A stretch of DNA of 64,000 nucleotides from an uncultured Terrimonas sp. Lineage in GTDB: Bacteria; Bacteroidota; Bacteroidia; Chitinophagales; Chitinophagaceae. The notes beneath the pieces are model-generated. The model saw only the letters and a program-made list of their open reading frames with translations, had not been told where the DNA came from and searched no databases. Below are positions 63,630 to 64,000 of the stretch, piece by piece; the stretch's first letter is position 1; each line of letters begins with the position of its first letter. The stretch lies in assembly GCA_964604365.1 (NCBI GenBank), contig CAZRYS010000028.1, positions 3,032 to 67,031 on the forward strand, given 5' to 3'. Both the position numbers and the translations under genes were made by a program.

Positions 63630-64000
63630 TTATTTTGTTCCTTCAAACAACTGACTTCGTGGTACTACTTTCACTTTCGACCCATTCTTCAGGGTTTTGC
63701 TGACGATTGTATATGGTCCGGTGATTACTTCATCTCCTTCATTGAGTCCGCTTACTATTTCAATATTATTGAGATCCTGTATGCCCGATTTTACCGCCAC
63801 CAGTTTTACCGTATTGTCAGCTTGTTTTACAAATACAATTTCTACCATTGCATCATCAAACCCGGAATCTTTTTTTACAGAAGCTTCATCTTCCTTGTCT
63901 CCTTCTTTTTCAGGTTTTGCTTCTACTTTGGAAGTTACCGTCGCTGTATCTTTTTTATCCCGCACAGTCACCGCATTGATGGGAACTGTTACAACATTCT
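63630..64000 (-). CDS. C-terminal part of an RND/MacA-type efflux periplasmic adaptor (5' end off the right edge)
   Basis: NVVTVPINAVTVR...VKSGIQD...IEIVSGLNEGDEVITGPY. Confidence 0.8.
   Translation of the reverse strand, partial: NVVTVPINAVTVRDKKDTATVTSKVEAKPEKEGDKEDEASVKKDSGFDDAMVEIVFVKQADNTVKLVAVKSGIQDLNNIEIVSGLNEGDEVITGPYTIVSKTLKNGSKVKVVPRSQLFEGTK

Overview
A Bacteroidota chromosomal segment, probably Chitinophagaceae-like (TAnnTTTG promoters, SusC/SusD, T9SS CTD protein, long-type IspG). It is mostly housekeeping: pcrA (cut by the left edge), serC, phoH, rpmH, the heme genes hemC-D-E-F-B plus a separate hemA, dnaN, pdxH, ispG, fabH, purU, a SWIM/SNF2 helicase, rnc, aconitase, eno, ftsB, gpsA, and an RND adaptor cut by the right edge. 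One polysaccharide utilisation locus (PUL, about 33.1-50.9 kb) carries SusC/SusD/DUF3823, GH2, two GH43, a GH5-like enzyme, galK, LacI and a split hybrid two-component system. No rRNA, tRNA, CRISPR array, IS or prophage was recognised, and I found no clear new multi-gene defence or mobile system. The most notable signals are not in the ORF track: (1) an A10 run at a GH9/deacetylase junction, where a -1 slip gives one fused protein; (2) two collapsed genes inside the PUL, a GH127-like N+C-terminal fusion remnant and a KdgF-like cupin remnant; (3) a perfect 20-bp LacI-type operator plus a 21-bp-spaced repeat upstream of susC; (4) a 45-aa Cys-rich lipoprotein; (5) a secreted protein made only of a T9SS CTD; (6) a small decayed accessory patch at 56.3-58.2 kb. 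Family assignments come from motif recognition without database searches.
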